The notes below the pieces were generated by a model. The model had not been told where the DNA came from. It saw only the letters and a program-made list of their open reading frames with translations, and made no database searches. A stretch of 64,000 nt of DNA from a virus, in the IMG/VR virus record IMGVR_UViG_3300031257_000001, positions 40,327-104,326 of that record. One strand, 5' to 3'. The position numbers were made by a program, and so were the translations under genes. Every line of letters begins with the position of its first letter. Positions within the stretch are counted from its first letter, which is position 1. This document shows, piece by piece, positions 63,595 through 64,000 of this stretch.

Positions 63595-63875
63595 CCAACA
63601 CCAAGACCACCGCCACCGCAGAATTGTTCGAGCAGACCAGCGCAGCCCTCTGGGCCCAGAAGTGGGGACAGGCCCGGGCGCTCCTGGATGACCTGGGACT
63701 CCGAAGCGACAACACCACCCGGCTCCGTTCCGCGGAAGCCTATGGCCTGGACAGGGAACGCGACTTCTACAACGTCATCCAAGACCGCATCGACCTGGTC
63801 AACGCGAGGGCGATGATCAACGCCAGGTGCGATCTGGTGACGGCTGCTCACCAGGCGGCCCAGCCACGAGCGTAG
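63591..63875 (+). CDS. hypothetical protein
   Basis: GGAG RBS; ATG overlaps the upstream stop. Confidence 0.6.
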   Translation: MTNTKTTATAELFEQTSAALWAQKWGQARALLDDLGLRSDNTTRLRSAEAYGLDRERDFYNVIQDRIDLVNARAMINARCDLVTAAHQAAQPRA

Positions 63876-63893
63876 ACACGCACGCTCCGCCGG

Positions 63894-63919
63894 GCCCGGC
63901 CCTCCGACAGGGGCCGGGC
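63894..63919 (+). terminator. GC-rich hairpin, possible terminator
   Basis: GCCCGGCCCT / AGGGGCCGGGC stem with one bulge; no clear U-tract. Confidence 0.3.
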
Positions 63920-64000
63920 ATTCGGAAACAGATGGCCAAGTCCAATTCAGCTTCAAAGAGCGGGTTCAGTAAGGATGAGGGCGATTGATGGCGCTGGCCC

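Noticed and set aside
1-64000. tRNA/rRNA genes, integrase, capsid or terminase
   Set aside because: None recognised by eye. Head genes probably lie upstream of the window; tRNAscan was not run.

Overview
This is a 64-kb stretch of a GC-rich tailed bacteriophage (or prophage) with a contractile tail; essentially every credible gene is on the + strand. Gene order: end of the head-tail joining genes, then sheath, tube, frameshifted tail chaperone, tape measure, baseplate and tail fibre (1-22.1 kb); a putative lysis cassette with a holin/lipoprotein hybrid and a papain-fold peptidase (22.2-24.1 kb); an intein-containing SF2 helicase; a lambda-like replication block (initiator with embedded iterons, DnaC-like loader, DnaB, primase); a MoxR/CobS AAA+ and VWA pair and a sigma factor; a five-gene nucleotide-metabolism cassette (flavoprotein, MazG/dUTPase-HAD fusion, class-III PLP aminotransferase, divergent ThyX, dNMP kinase); DnaE with three closely spaced inteins; HU, UvsY-like, SSB, methyltransferase, RecA with an intein, SbcD/SbcC, RuvC, 5'-3' exonuclease, family-4 UDG; and small early-type genes. 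Most notable: (1) a DUF559/Vsr-like endonuclease ORF written entirely in the +1 frame inside the helicase intein, with a candidate internal promoter; (2) a candidate unknown pyrimidine-modification pathway preceded by a three-way-junction RNA; (3) three inteins separated by only 6 and 12 extein residues in DnaE, one starting with Thr. All protein assignments come from motif recognition and synteny by eye; no database searches were run.
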